Below are positions 12,945 to 27,055 of a DNA stretch of 64,000 nucleotides, one piece after another. The stretch's first letter is position 1. Each line of letters opens with the position of its first letter. Source of the stretch: Eledone cirrhosa (Eukaryota); assembly GCA_964016885.1 (NCBI GenBank), contig OZ024763.1:11160001-11224000 (forward strand), written 5' to 3'. The notes under the pieces are model-generated. The model saw only the letters and a program-made list of their open reading frames with translations, ran no database searches and had not been told where the DNA came from. The position numbers and the translations under genes are program-made.

Positions 12945-13996
12945 AATATTTACTCCAGTAAACTGCTGAGTGCTCTAAATCAGTTATAAACATCTATATT
13001 TATATTTGTCGGATTTCCAACAAATTAAATACTGATTCTACTTATATATATTTATAATGGAATTTTAAGCAATCACATTATGTAAGAAACATAATATGAA
13101 TTTAGAGATGCAATTATTTATACATACATATATGTGTGTGAGTGTATGTGTGTGTGTAAGTGTATGTGAGAGTATGTGTGTGTGTGTGTATGTGTGTAAG
13201 TATGTGTGACAGTAGAGAAGTGTGTGTGTATGTGTATGACAGTAGAGAAGTTTATATGTGTAAGTGTGTGTATGTGTGTAAGTGTGTAAGTTTTTTTTGC
13301 ATGTGTGTGAGAGTAGAGAAGTGGGTGTGTATGTGTGTAAGTGTGTGTATATGTGCGTATGTATGTATATATGTGTGTGTGTGTGTGTGTGACAGTAAAG
13401 AAGTGGGTGTGTATGTGTGTGTGTCTATGTATGTGTGTGTATGTATGTGACAGTAGAGAAGTGGGTGTGTATGTGTATATGTATGTGTGTAAGTGTGTGT
13501 GTATGTGCGTATGTATGTATATATGTGTGTGTGTGTGTGACAGTAAAGAAGTGGGTGTGTATGTGTGTAAGTGTGTGTAGGTGTGTAAGTGTGTGTAAGT
13601 GTGTGTGTGTGTAAGTGTATGTAAGTGTGTGTAAGTGTGTGTAAGTGTGTGTGTATGTATGTGTGTGTATGTAAGTGTGTGTGTATGTGACAGTAGAGAG
13701 ATGTGTTGATAAGTTGCCAGTTTAAGTGGTATTTAATCTGAGATAATTATACTAAGTATTTATGTAAATATACAGTTGGAGGTGATGGCTGGGTGGTTAG
13801 GGTCATTACCTGGCAACCGTGGGGTGGCTGGCTGGGTGGTTAGGGTGGTTACCTGACAACCTGTAGGTTCTGGTTTCAAGCCTACATCTCTTTGATAATC
13901 AAATTGTTTAGAACAACAGGTGAAGTCGTTATTTTCCTTTTTTTAATATACCGAACTGTACTAAGGATTTCACACATTTTCCAATATATATATTCC

Positions 13997-14242
13997 AATG
14001 GAATTTATTGGACATATTACAATCGTTTCTCTGGCGACCAGCTCGAGACACGATCGATGTGATGATCGAACCTGACTCTGAAAATCGCAAGGTCCTCAGA
14101 TACGTCTTGATTCTACGAAGCAGATTTTCCTAATCGTATCTGAGGACCCTGCGATTTTCAGAGTCAGGTTCGATCATCACATCGATCGTGTCTCGAGCTG
14201 GTCGCCAGAGAAACGATTGTAATATGTCCAATAAATTCCATT
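13997..14242. mobile_element. Fold-back element with two long-stem-II HHRs (14013-14104 minus, 14135-14226 plus)
   Basis: cgtat-CTGAGGA-63 nt-GAAAC-gatt-GTA-atatg; arms of about 105 bp. Diverged sister copy at 14815-14904. Confidence 0.7.
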
Positions 14243-14475
14243 CGTTGCAACACTGATTCTCTTTTTTTTCTGTGATATCATACTCTGCTCTGTGAGGGCA
14301 TCGAGTGCTCAAACGGTCTACCGCATACGGACGCTTTAACATCCAACACTAATTATATATATATATATTTCGTTTCTGAATTTGTTTATAAACTTATAAA
14401 TTTAATGTATAATAAATTGGAGTGATGCAACTGGTGCGTGTGTTTCTTATTGGCAACATGACCCTCCCAAAGTAT

Positions 14476-14525
<50 letters not shown>

Positions 14526-15075
14526 TACCTGTCAAGAACAGTGGATCCTAAGTATGACTTATAGCCTACCGAACGTTTCACGCAATTGTAGTTGTGCAAG
14601 GGAGGCAGACGGTCGGTCTTCCATGCATGGATGCACGCGACGACTTGACCGGATGAGAGTTAGACGTTACTTTGGGGATAAACTAATGAGAGTGATGATG
14701 AAATAAAGAACCAATGAGTGGACGCAAAAATACCACCTTATTAGAATGTACTGAATATATCAACTGACGGGGGAGTTTCGCACACAGAATCGGCGATGAG
14801 ATCACATACAGAGGCACACCTGAGGTTCTTTCGATTCCAGAGTCAGGTGCAATCAGTAATAGACCGTACCTCGAGCTGATCGACAGTGAAACATATGTAA
14901 TATGTTAATAAATATGTTATCATGCAACACTGACTCTTTGTTCCTTTATTCTTATAGTATTGTACTCTGCTCTGCACGAACATCGAGTGAAACCCGACAT
15001 TCGGCCTACGGACGCAATTTCTCTTGCACCCATACACCTATATATATATACATTCACACATATATACAAACACAC

Positions 15076-15107
<32 letters not shown>

Positions 15108-15415
15108 CTTTTTTCTCTTTTCTTTTTTCTTCTCTTTCTCTTTTTCTTGTTTTCTTATTTTCCTCTTAGAGTTTGCTCTTTTTTCTCTTTTTTCTCTTTT
15201 TTTCTCTTTCTTTTCTTTTCTTTTCTTTTCTTTTCCTTCCCTCTCTCCATACCCCAACGGCTTATTTTAAATCTACTGTGATTTAAAAATATCCGACACT
15301 AATTTGCATAATAGTATAAATAAATTTATAACCCCACTATCCGGGAGCTTCCAACAGAAATGGTCGCATTCTTTAAGGGTATGTCAATATTTATTTATAA
15401 AACTGCTATATATTA

Positions 15416-15480
15416 TATTTTATCTGATGAAAGCACACCATAATTTAACTTGGTGTCCTTGAAATATGTATAATGAAATA
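15416..15480 (+). ncRNA. Type I hammerhead ribozyme (family B variant)
   Basis: tattttat-CTGATGA-(cacca/tggtg stem II)-GAAA-tatgta-TA-atgaaata. Confidence 0.7.
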
Positions 15481-15608
15481 AATATGGTTTTATAAATATA
15501 GTTTCCATTTGTTAATATCGTATTTTTACTCCAATAATTTGTTGAGTGCTTTATATCAGTTATAAAAATATTTGCTTGTTGTATCCCAACAATTCAAATA
15601 GAACTTCT

Positions 15609-15657
<49 letters not shown>

Positions 15658-15706
15658 AAAAGCGAAAAATAACATGGTCAACAGTACAAAAAAGGGTTTT
15701 ATTTAC

Positions 15707-15816
15707 AGTCTTAACAATTGTTTCACTGATTAAGTTGTCTAAAAATTGCTGAACACTTGAAGCTGTGCCACTCAATTTTAAATACGTCGTTAGCTTAACC
15801 AGATCATCAAAAAACT
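15707..15816 (-). ncRNA. Hammerhead-like motif (U3 variant) inside a long imperfect inverted repeat
   Basis: Reverse complement: agtttt-TTGATGA-tctggttaag...cttaatcagt-GAAAC-aatt-GTT-aagact; palindromic ACAATTGT stem III. Confidence 0.6.
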
Positions 15817-16087
15817 CCCTTTTTTGTACTGTTGAGCATGTTATTCTTCGCTCTTTCAATATTATTACTCCAAGATAAAGTTACATAGGAATTCAAGAAA
15901 ACTCATAAACTCGCCACCTACGGAAACCTCTTGTTGAGTCAAACAACGCCGTACGCTAAAACTATCCACAATACGAAGTATTCACAACCTCTAACTGGAT
16001 TACCTACAACGATATTTTGTTATCCCTTATATGTCCAGAATTAGCCGTCGAAACGGCTTGAGCTCAGCCGTCGGGGTCTTACTGGTT

Positions 16088-16124
<37 letters not shown>

Positions 16125-16424
16125 CATTAACTACTATAACAATGGCAGGCTGTGAACCAGCGAACCACTGACTGTAGTAAGAGGTATTTATCTCTGGTAC
16201 CAACATTGATTTTATAAAATGTATATATTCCATACATTATGGATTGTAGTTAGATCTAGTTATATGCCTTACTCCAGCTGATTATGTTAACACCATTACA
16301 CCTGAATATATCTACCGATACCTAATCCGCTACAACGAAACACCTCTTAATTATATGTATGTGCAGATGTAGATTTATTCAGATAATATATGTTCGTATA
16401 TACACACACACATATCCGTGTGTG

Positions 16425-16530
<106 letters not shown>

Positions 16531-16534
16531 CGTG

Positions 16535-16785
16535 AAGGCGCATGGCTTAGTGGTTAAAGAATTGGGCTTGCAATCGAAAGGTTGTGAGTTCAATTCTCGG
16601 ACCGGGTGATGTGTTTTTTCCTTGAGCAAGACACTTTATTTCACGTTGCTCCAGTTTACTCAGCTGTAGAAATGAGTACTGGCCTGACCGCCCAGCCAGT
16701 GGGATGGCGTTGTCTTATGGCTAAAACAGCACGACGTGCTGTGACCAGCGGCGCCGATTGGCGCCCGACAGACTGGTCGGTCAAG
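16535..16785 (+). mobile_element. Second tRNA-derived SINE family
   Basis: A-box tggcttagtggttaa and B-box gagttcaattc, followed by a ccttgagcaagacactt core. Confidence 0.75.
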
Positions 16786-16920
16786 GTGATATATATATAC
16801 AAAATATAAAACAATCAAATCTTAGTTTAATACATTCAATTGCTGACAATTGTTTCTTCCAGACGAATCTCTGGAATCGTCGAAGGATACACAATATAAA
16901 CCATATATAAGTATAAATAT

Positions 16921-16979
<59 letters not shown>

Positions 16980-16993
16980 TTCTTCTTCTCATG

Positions 16994-17043
16994 ACAGGAT
17001 GAATGAGTTAGGGCCCAGAACCCAACGAAACTTGAGTACCTGT
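16994..17043 (+). ncRNA. Degenerate hammerhead-like motif
   Basis: acagg-ATGAATGA-gttaggg..cccaac-GAAAC-ttga-GTA-cctgt; stem I acagg/cctgt, core mutated. Confidence 0.4.
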
Positions 17044-17084
17044 TTATGTCACTTGTATATATATATATATATATATATATAATA

Positions 17085-17365
17085 AATTTGAAGACTAAAA
17101 TCCAAAGAGGGCTCAATAATGTGGTTCTGTCTTTGCGTGTATTTGTTCTCACCGCTCCACATAACGACGTATTATCTTCGCTCTTTTCTGTTCATTGTCA
17201 GGGAACGTCTTCACGAACCAAAGTCTCGTCTCCCTGTTTTCCTTCGGTTGCAACGTTTTCCGAAATATTTACTTCTGCAATCACAGATTGATTTTTTTAG
17301 TTTCAGAAGATCCCGTTAAAGGTGAAAGCAGCGATTCTTTGCTTAAATTTTAATCTTTTATTTTA

Positions 17366-17370
<5 letters not shown>
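17085..17370 (+). mobile_element. Solo pLTR fragment of the Penelope-like element at 24648-28124
   Basis: Homologous to 27780-28030. Further copies at 21722-21880(-) and 29090-29295(-); related inverted pairs at 39845-40010 and 62655-62810. Confidence 0.8.
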
Positions 17371-17420
<50 letters not shown>

Positions 17421-17518
17421 AAATGTGTGAAATCCTTGGTACAGTTAGGTATATTTAAAAAAAGGAAAAGAATGACGTCACTTGTAGTTCTAAACAATTT
17501 GATTTAATTTTATAATAT

Positions 17519-18531
17519 TACTAACAGTGGTACCCGGCGTTGCACGGGATAAGGTATTTTGGAACGCGGGCCACCAACAGACCTAATCGTGGAAAAACTG
17601 CATGCCTCGACAATATGTAAAGAAAATAAACCGAATACTCTGATGGATAATCTTTAAGATTTTCCTCGATGAAGCAGGAAAAATGCAGGTTTTCACCTAA
17701 TGCGGGCTCTAGGGCATCAAGGAAATAAATTTTTTAATGTGCATAATTTCGGGAAAAATCGGCTAGACGTAATGCCTACAAAAAGCCCTAAAAAAATGAA
17801 GTTTTTCACCCAATGCGGGCCCTAGGCCATAAAAAAGTTGGATTTTCTTTGCTCACGGTATGAAGAAGAGACTGACTAATACATAGTTACCGGCTTTCAT
17901 TTTTAATGTGGTGTGAAATATATAACCGCCTTAGCTAAGCATAGTATTGCCACAACCACGGTTGGCAAAGAAGTAAGGGTCTGGTGGTACGTAAGTAAGC
18001 AACACTGTGGCTTAAAACACGAGGAAGAAATTGTGTGCACTTACCAACTGTTTGGGGAATGAGTGTGAGATTTGTCTTGAGCAAGGGTGGCAGAATAACC
18101 GGAGGCAGTGGGCCGTAAGTGGAAAATCTGCACGCTGATGGAATTTTGGGAAGTGACGTAATGCAGACAGCCATACAGCCAGACATACAGACAGATATTA
18201 TAATGGTGCGTTCTGGACGCAGAGAGAATTGTGGGAAGTGACGTAATGCAGACAGCCAGACATACAGACAGATATTATAAGGACGCGACGTTATATGTAT
18301 GTATCTATCTAAAAAGAGAAAGACTAAGAATTATAGAGAGAGATCGCTAAATCGCCTAATGCTGTCCCTAGGGCATCGAAAATTTGAAATTTCTTTTGCT
18401 CAGAACACTCCATGAAACATAAGTATTACATGTGTAAAGTTTGAAAACTGACGGTTGGGTGCTTCTCGAGTTTTAGGGATTCAAACTCACACACACACAC
18501 ACACAGACATCCTCAATTTTATATATATAGA
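17519..18531 (-). mobile_element. Non-autonomous Helitron
   Basis: Minus strand has 5' TC at 18531 and a 3' hairpin cccgtgcaacgccggg followed by a ttag end. Internal repeats are shared with 21010-21160 and 21885-21960. Confidence 0.6.
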
Positions 18532-19379
18532 TGATTTTATAATTTGGTTTTCTTGTAAGTTCTTTGTTAACTTCGGTGGAGAGATTTTTAAAGATTCCTG
18601 GTTAACTTTCTCGCATTCGTCGGTGGCGATTGTCAAACTGAGACATATGTAGATATAAACACACAGAGAAGTGTGTTTCGAATTATATGGGTTGAAAACC
18701 AATAGTTTAATAGTTACTGAAATGGTTTTAATTCATTTTTTCCGGTTATTATGTATTTTCCATTTGTTCATAGACTATATCCATTTCACCAAAGTGGTTT
18801 CAGACCCATGTAATTCAAAACACACTTCTTTGTGTGTTTATTTCTATATATTACTAGCAGACTGACCCGGCGTTGCTCGGGATTCTAAACGTAGATTGGC
18901 ATGTTTATATTACTTATAAAACATTATAACAAGGATATAAATAATTGTTTCTACGTTAGGCACAAGGTCAGCAATTACCCAGTACATTACTGGTACTTTA
19001 TTTATCGACCCCGTAAGGATGAAAGGCAAATTTAACTTCGGCGGGATTTGAACTCAGATCGTAAAGGGACTAACTCTATGCTTCAAAGCATGGTGTCCGA
19101 CTCTCTACCGATAAATAATAGCAGAGAATATGCAATAATTGTAAGACAATTGTGTAGTGAGAGTATACATATAGGTGTTATATGTTATAAGTATTATAAG
19201 ATATATTAGTTATAGGTGAGAAGTTTTATAATGTTAGTCATAAAGTTTATGTAGAAAATGGTAATATCTATAGTTGTGAAGTGTTATTTCTGCTCTGTAG
19301 TATATCTGATATTTTATATTGAGCTAATTATCAAACTGGTAATCGGGTTATACACAATATTACCCGTACCTTATTTATA

Positions 19380-19990
19380 ATTATATATATATATTATATA
19401 TATTATATATATATATTTTATATATATATATTTTATATATATATATTTTATATATATATATATTTTATATATATATATATTATATATATATATATTTTAT
19501 ATATATATATATTTTATATATATATATTTTATATATATATATATTTTATATATATATATATTTTATATATATATATTTTATATATATATATATTTTATAT
19601 ATATATATATTTTATATATATATATATTTTATATATATATATTTTATATATATATATTTTATATATATATATTTTATATATATATATATTTTATATATAT
19701 ATATTTTTTATATATATATATTTTATATATATATATATTTTATATATATATATATTTTATATATATATATTTTTTATATATATATATTTTATATATATAT
19801 ATATTTTATATATATATATATTTTATATATATATATTATATATATATATATATTATATATATATATTTTATATATATATATTTTATATATATATATTTTA
19901 TATATATATATTTTATATATATATATTTTATATATATATTATATATATATATATTATATATATATATATATTATATATATATATTATACA
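19380..19990. repeat. (TA)nTTT compound satellite
   Basis: Visible periodicity. Confidence 0.9.
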
Positions 19991-20027
19991 TTTAAGTATA
20001 ACTATTATTATTATTATTATTATTATT

Positions 20028-20527
20028 CTTTGAGTCTCAGTCATTGATGTTAGTTAACTGGAAAGTTTGTTGAAATGAATATCAAGCCACTACCTGCAGC
20101 CTCAGATATTCAGGACGTATCGGAGGGTTCTTGCTGTTCCCAGCAAGCATGCTTTTTGAAGCGTTCCAAAAAGCGTGAAGGGGCCAATTTTCTTTAACCA
20201 TCCCTGGAAACTTTTTGAGATAGTCCCTAGTGTGCCTATGACAATCGGCACCACTTTGACTTCATGGCAGTTCCAAATCCTTTTTACCTCCCCCTTTAAG
20301 TCCTGGTATCGGTTAATTTTCTCCCTCTCCTTCTCTTGCACTCTCGTGTCGAATGGGCAGGCCACATCCACAATCAGGCACGATCCTTGTCCAAAACCAC
20401 CAGGTCAGGTCTATTGTGTTCCAGTTTCTTGTCCGTCTGTATCCTAAAATCCCACAGCACCTTCACCTGATCGTTTTCTATCTAGACGACTCTGGCTTAT
20501 GCTCATACCACTTCTCAGAATGTGGTA
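20028..20527 (-). mobile_element. R4/Dong-type LINE 3' fragment (RLE endonuclease) in (TAA)n
   Basis: ORF 20102-20371 DVACPFD..EKEREKINRYQDLK..IW..VVPIVIGTLG; flanked by (tta)n. Confidence 0.8.
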
Positions 20528-20529
20528 AA

Positions 20530-20580
<51 letters not shown>

Positions 20581-20583
<3 letters not shown>

Positions 20584-20928
20584 TTTGAGTCTCAGGCATT
20601 GATGTTAGTTAACTGGAAAGTTTGTTGAAATGAATATCAAGCCACTACCTGCAGCCTCAGATATTCAGGACGTATCGGAGGGTTCTTGCTGTTCCCAGCA
20701 AGTATGCCTTTTGAAGCGTTCCAAAAAGCGTGAAGGGGCCGATTTTCTTTAACCATCCCTGGAAACTTTTTGAGATAGTCCCAATTGCGCCTATGACAAT
20801 CGGGATCACTTTGACTTCATGGCAGTTCCAAATCCTTTTTACCTCCCACTTTAAGTCCTGGTATCGGTTAATTTTCTCCCTCTCCTTCTCTTGCACTCTC
20901 GTGTCGAATTGGCAGGCCACATCCACAA

Positions 20929-20930
<2 letters not shown>
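20581..20930 (-). mobile_element. Second near-identical R4/Dong-type 3' fragment
   Basis: ORF 20657-20932; same 3' end, also flanked by (tta)n. Confidence 0.8.
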
Positions 20931-20965
<35 letters not shown>

Positions 20966-21430
20966 CGGTATCTTTGCACTGAATTAATTAAAAGTTGGTT
21001 AGAAGCGAAGTCAATGAAGACAGGCAGCCAGACAGACAGATATTATAAGCGTGCGACGTTATAGAGCTATGTATCTAATGCAGACAGCCAGACATACAGG
21101 AACATATTATAAGGGCGCGACGTTATAGCCATGTATCTATCTAAAAAGACAGACTAAGAAAAAGAGAGGAATGTCGTATAACCGGAAGTGATGACATATG
21201 AAAACGTTTGTCGCTTGAGTCCTCATCTGATGAAGGCGACGTTCATGATCATCTTCAGACTCTGTTGTACTAGTAACATTTTTTCTTCTGGAAAATCTGA
21301 TCTTGCGGCCAGACTGGGACTTTTTGGGTGGCATATCGGCAGTAACAATGACGATAAGTCGTCTGTGCTTTCGTGAAATATATATCTTTGTTTATATTTT
21401 GTTTTTGTGTATGCCAAAATATCTGTACAC

Positions 21431-21485
<55 letters not shown>

Positions 21486-21524
21486 GGTGTTAAAGTTTGC
21501 TTGAAGCATTGTGAAATGTGTAAA

Positions 21525-21709
21525 ATATGTAGTTTAGAAAGCCACAACAATGCAGATGGGAAATCTCGAGGTAGGAAGTGAGTAACCCTTCTACCTTTGT
21601 TTTGTTTTCATTTTTCGTTTCTCTCAACTTTCACTTTTCTCCTATTTCTCACTCACTTCCTACCTCGAGATTTCCCATCTGCATTGTTGTGGCTTTCTAA
21701 ACTACATAT
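21525..21709. repeat. Inverted repeat with arms of about 58 bp
   Basis: atatgtagtttagaaagcc...aagtgagt and its reverse complement. Confidence 0.85.
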
Positions 21710-22437
21710 ATATATATATATATTAAAATAACAGATTAAAGTATTAGCAAAGAATCCGTGCTTTCACCCTTAACGGGATCTTCTGAAACTAAAAAAATCA
21801 ATCTGTGAACGCAGAAGTAAATATTTCGAAAAACGTTGCAACCGAAGGCAAACAGAAAGACGATACTTTGGTTCGGGAAGAGACATATTATAAGGGGCGC
21901 AACGTTATAGCTATGTATCTATCTAAAAAGACAGACTAAGCGAGAGCGAGGAATGTCGTGTAACATTTTTACATTTTGACATTTTAAAATTTTAAAGAAG
22001 TGAATATTTAAATAAACGATAAAATATCTTTAATCTTTTAACGAAATTTAGAAGTCAAAAATACCCTCACTTTCTTACTTGGAAAAAGTTACATCTATGG
22101 TGCAAATTTGGTGCTTTTTGGTCCAGCCGTTTGGCGAAAAGTTTGTTACGTACATACGGCCATCAGCTTTATAATATAGATAGATATATATAGCCCAGCT
22201 TATACTTTGAGCTCATTAATTACAGGGTATTAACGCCAGTTTTTAACTCCGCTTTTCATTTATATATATATATATGTGTGTGTATATATATAAATGTATA
22301 TATACACATATATATATATGTGTATAAATATTTAAATATATACATATATATAAATGTATATATACACATATATATATATGTGTATAAATATTTAAATATA
22401 TACATATACACTCATGTACACACACACACACACACAT

Positions 22438-22505
<68 letters not shown>

Positions 22506-23070
22506 ACGTAAGTATGTATGTTCCCCTACACTTAAATATGTGTGTATATGTTACTCTTTGCATGTGTATGCAGGGTGTGTGGGATTAGTACGTGTGCAAG
22601 CAAGCATATATGACACAGCTAGCTTAGGAAATGAAATGGTTTAAAATGGCTGCTGGCTTAATCTTCACTGTTAGTGGGGAAGTCCCATTTAATAAGCGTC
22701 TGTAGTTATCAGCTGACCATAGAGCACATGTTAACTCTACATGTTGGGGGACTCTGTCATAACTAGGAGAGCTTCTCTACGTTTGTTTACCTTTCTTCCT
22801 CTTTTTCCCTCATACACACACACACACGCATGACACACACACACGCATGACACACACACACGCATGAACATACACACGCATGAACATACACACACATGAA
22901 CACGCACGCACACACACAGATATATATATACATGAGTCCTGGGTTCAATCGGGGGTAACCACAGTAAGTAAAGTACTCAATACATTAGAAGTGTATATAC
23001 ATAATTTAATATAGAAATGGCTTCTACTGTTTCATTCGAATGAAACATTTCTAGTCCTGAAGAAGTCATT

Positions 23071-23104
<34 letters not shown>

Positions 23105-23105
<1 letters not shown>

Positions 23106-23140
23106 CATTATCTATAAAAGGCAGATTGTTGTTGTTGTTG

Positions 23141-23232
<92 letters not shown>

Positions 23233-23490
23233 ATGTTCCATGTTTATACATTTGCACAATTTCAAACCGATTCGACTCAAAGTCTGTAAGAATGTTGTAA
23301 ATGGTCTAACCTAGGTCAACGACTATTTATTTCATTCAAACTCACCCATAATTATGGAAATAATCGATAAAACTAAATACATGACGCTTTACCCCTCTAA
23401 CAGAATCTGATTACCTCTCTCTACTTCCCTTAAAATTCGATAAAACTACATACATGCTTACAAACTTCCTTTGGGAATGCCGAAGTGAGT

Positions 23491-23529
<39 letters not shown>

Positions 23530-24207
23530 TTTGTTCTTGAGTGTGGAACGGTTAAACATTTATTTACTTCAATGACAAAGAGAAATTATTACATTTCATA
23601 CGAAACAACAATTATTCAAAAGCAACAGTAAAATTTATTCAACAACAAAAAAAATAGCGATTAATCTTTTTTAAAACATCTATCAACGAACGTGGAAGAA
23701 AGAAGTATCAGTTCATTTACTATACACAATAATATACTTTATGAGGTCACTAAACCTGCTAGAAACAGCAGCTAACTCTCCCCCATATCACACCGCTCCC
23801 TACTGTCTTAAATTTAGAAAACACATATCCTCTATGAGGTCACTAAACCTGCTAGAAACAGCAGCTAACTCTCTCCCATATCACACCCCTTCCTACTGTC
23901 TTAAATTTAGAAAACACACATTAGATAACCATGCAGAACAACTCCATCGCAGCTCTGTTCGGCTGGCATCGTCTACGCGCGTGTTGCGCAAGTACTGAGA
24001 AACAATAAATTTCAACACTTCTTTGCACAGAGATAATATCCTTAGGCGAAACTACAATTGTCACTGCTGGCGCAGCTCCTGCTGCGGCAGTCCAGGTCTG
24101 CAATTCATTCACCCAGTGGCAGACAAAAAAGTGCTGCCATAAAATGGGTGGTGCAACCTAACTTTGGTAACTTACTGACTCCGAGCAACGCCGGGCTTTA
24201 ATGCTAG
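23105..24207 (+). mobile_element. Non-autonomous Helitron
   Basis: 5' TC, 3' hairpin ccgagcaacgccgg followed by CTAG, within AT/TA flanks. Carries a 93-bp internal duplication at 23741-23920. Confidence 0.6.
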
Positions 24208-24251
<44 letters not shown>

Positions 24252-24440
24252 AAAGAATGAAACGAAATTTCATTTTTCACTCTTGGTACGGTTGATACTT
24301 AAATGTAAGTATGTATGTATACGTACATACATATATGTATACAGACGTACAGTAGTATGTATATATATACATACATGCACACATATATACATATGTACGT
24401 ATATATATATATAATTACATATATATATATATACATACTT

Positions 24441-24497
<57 letters not shown>

Positions 24498-24500
24498 TAT

Positions 24501-24595
24501 CATCATCAGGTCGAGCTTGCTCGGCTTTCTACGACACGCTTCCTCCATCCATCTCTGTCTCTCATAGTTTGCTAGTTCTTCCGCAGTTCTGAAAG

Positions 24596-24597
<2 letters not shown>
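24501..24597 (-). mobile_element. RTE-like LINE 3' tip
   Basis: Reverse complement reads [19 protein letters not shown] followed by a tgatga tail. Confidence 0.5.
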
Positions 24598-24651
<54 letters not shown>

Positions 24652-26404
24652 ATAATAATAAATGTGAAGACTAAAATCCAAAGAGGGCTCGATAAGGATA
24701 AATATATATTAAATATATAAGAACGATTGAGCAAATATTTATTAAAATAACAGATTAAAGTTTAAGCAAATAATCGTTGCTTTCACCCTTAACGGGATCT
24801 TCTGAAACTAAAAAAATCAATCTGTGAACGCAGTAGTAAATATTTCAAAAAACGTTGCAAACGAAGGAAAACAGGAAGACGATAATTTGGTTCGTGAAGA
24901 CGTTCCTCGGCAATGAACGGAAAAAAGCAAAGATAATACGTCGTTATATGGAGCGTTGAGAACAAATACACGCAAAGACAAAACCACGTTTATGGTATAA
25001 ATGAAGTCGTAGACTAATATTCTATTTAGGAAACCGAATGATTTTCGGCTTCAGAGTTAAGAATAATGTAAATAAATTAGTAGAACGAAAATGACAGGTT
25101 ATTGAAAACAACAATAATTCACGCATCCATATAGTACATACACATGCATACGCGAAAACACCCGCCACACATACATAGACCCGCGCGACACTTTGATATA
25201 TATTTATCCTTATCGAGCCCTCTTTGGATTTTAGTCCTCAAATTTATTATTATTACTATTTGGCCCCCTCGGTTGAGCACTCTACTGACTTATATTCATC
25301 ATGCAGAAACAACATCTGAATATTTCTACAAAGAACATACCCGTACCAAGCAGGAAGACATACCCAAAACTCCTGATTCAGAAAACGGACTCGTTCCTTA
25401 AAAGGTTGCGTTGGCGTGCCTTTTATTTCGATAATCAGGAAAAGTGGACAATAAACAGGATAAATTTGGTTTTAAAACTTATAATAACTCTCCGAGTAAC
25501 CCAGCATTGCTACCCCTTGAGAACGATGTCTTGGAACTCATACGGAGTATCAAATTTCGGAATAGGAGCAATTCCTTCCAGCAGGACCTGAAGAATAGAA
25601 TTCCTTCTATTAAGGATTCTAATGCCGTGCACGGCCACTCCGACAAAACTGGCAATCTATATCAAGTGGAGTGCAGTACTTACCATCAACTGCTACATAA
25701 TGCTGTAACTAAAGATTACCGGAAAACTAATCGGAGTGTCATTAATGACATCAACGATGCTGGGTTTAAAATCACCTCTGAACTCAACATCCAAGACCGG
25801 ACTGAACCTCTGGACCCTTTTCTCCCCACTTTACCCTGAAGGATCACAAACCCAATTTCGCCAACAACCCCTCTATTCGGCTTATTATCCCTACGAAGTC
25901 CGATTTAGATAGACTTAGTAAAAGGATTTTAGATAGAATTGTACCTGAAATTAGAAGCTTGGCCCCTCTTGCACTGTGGAACAATTCTTTCGCGGTGATT
26001 GATTGGTTCAATGGCATATGCAACAAGGGACATTGCCGCTTTATCCAATTCGACATCAATAATTTCTACTCCTCCATCACTTTACCACTTCTTCTTAAAG
26101 CTATCAATTTCGCTAAAACGCTCACAGTGGTTAAGGATTTCGAAGTTGATGTCATCATCAATGCCCGTAAGTCGGTGATTAATTTCGACGACTCTATTTG
26201 GATTAAAAAAATCTAATAGTATCCCATACCCCATTCGACGGCGCCAGCGATTCGGTGGAGGTTACTGATCTTATCGGCCTTTTCTTCTTTTCTCTATCAA
26301 GGAAGAATTCCCCAATGTGGGCGGTGGTTTGTACCGTGATGACAGTCTTTAGACCATGACAAAGTAGATCCCGACGCATTATATGGTATAACCCACCATA
26401 TAAT

Positions 26405-27055
26405 ATGGAGGTGGCCACACCATTAGCTAAGATCTTTCTCTCCCTTATTAAGAAGCATTTCCCCTCAGCACATAAGTATAATAAACTTTTTAATAGAAAT
26501 ACCATTAAAATATCTTACTCTACGACACCTAACCTTGCACATAACATCACTGCTTCAAATTTAGCTAAATTACCTAGCCTTAGGAACACGCGCATCCCTG
26601 TAGCTAGTACTAACTGTAATTGTAGGAATCGGGGTGACTGCCCTCTATCCGGGAAATGCCTCTCCAGTAACATTGTCTACAAATGTAAGGTCGAAACACC
26701 CACGTCCCGTAGGGCCTACAAAGGGTTAACTGCCAATAGATTCAAGCAGCGTCTTTACATGAACACCCATTCTTTTCTTATCCTTTTAAGAAGGAATATG
26801 ATGTCACTTTCAGCTTATATCTGGAGTCTAAAATACAACCACACCCAATATAGGTTACACTGGGAGATCCTAGCTAAAGCTAGATCGTATAACGGAAATA
26901 GAAGACCATACGATCTTTGCGCCGCTGAAGCCCTAGAAATACTCTACGCCAATGACCACATCTTAAACAAAAAATCTGAGGCAATTTCGGCTTGTAAACA
27001 TAAATTGCATAAAACTTTCCTGTATTACAGCCCCACATTATACCCTAACAGATAG
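26405..27055 (+). pseudogene. GIY-YIG endonuclease region of the Penelope-like ORF
   Basis: CxCx5C motif, VY..YKG, FKQR, WEIL and DLC..E; the upstream RT is disrupted and internally deleted. Confidence 0.8.

Larger units (their letters stand above)
18854..22180 (-). mobile_element. Helitron remnant with nested insertions
   Basis: CTAG end plus hairpin cccgagcaacgccggg at 18854-18882; 5' TC at 22180. ORF 21137-21334 (MPPKKSQSGRK...ESEDDHERRL) resembles the start of RepHel proteins. Confidence 0.55.

Noticed and set aside
13825-13890. tRNA-like sequence
   Set aside because: Box-like motifs only, with no convincing cloverleaf; likely a SINE remnant.
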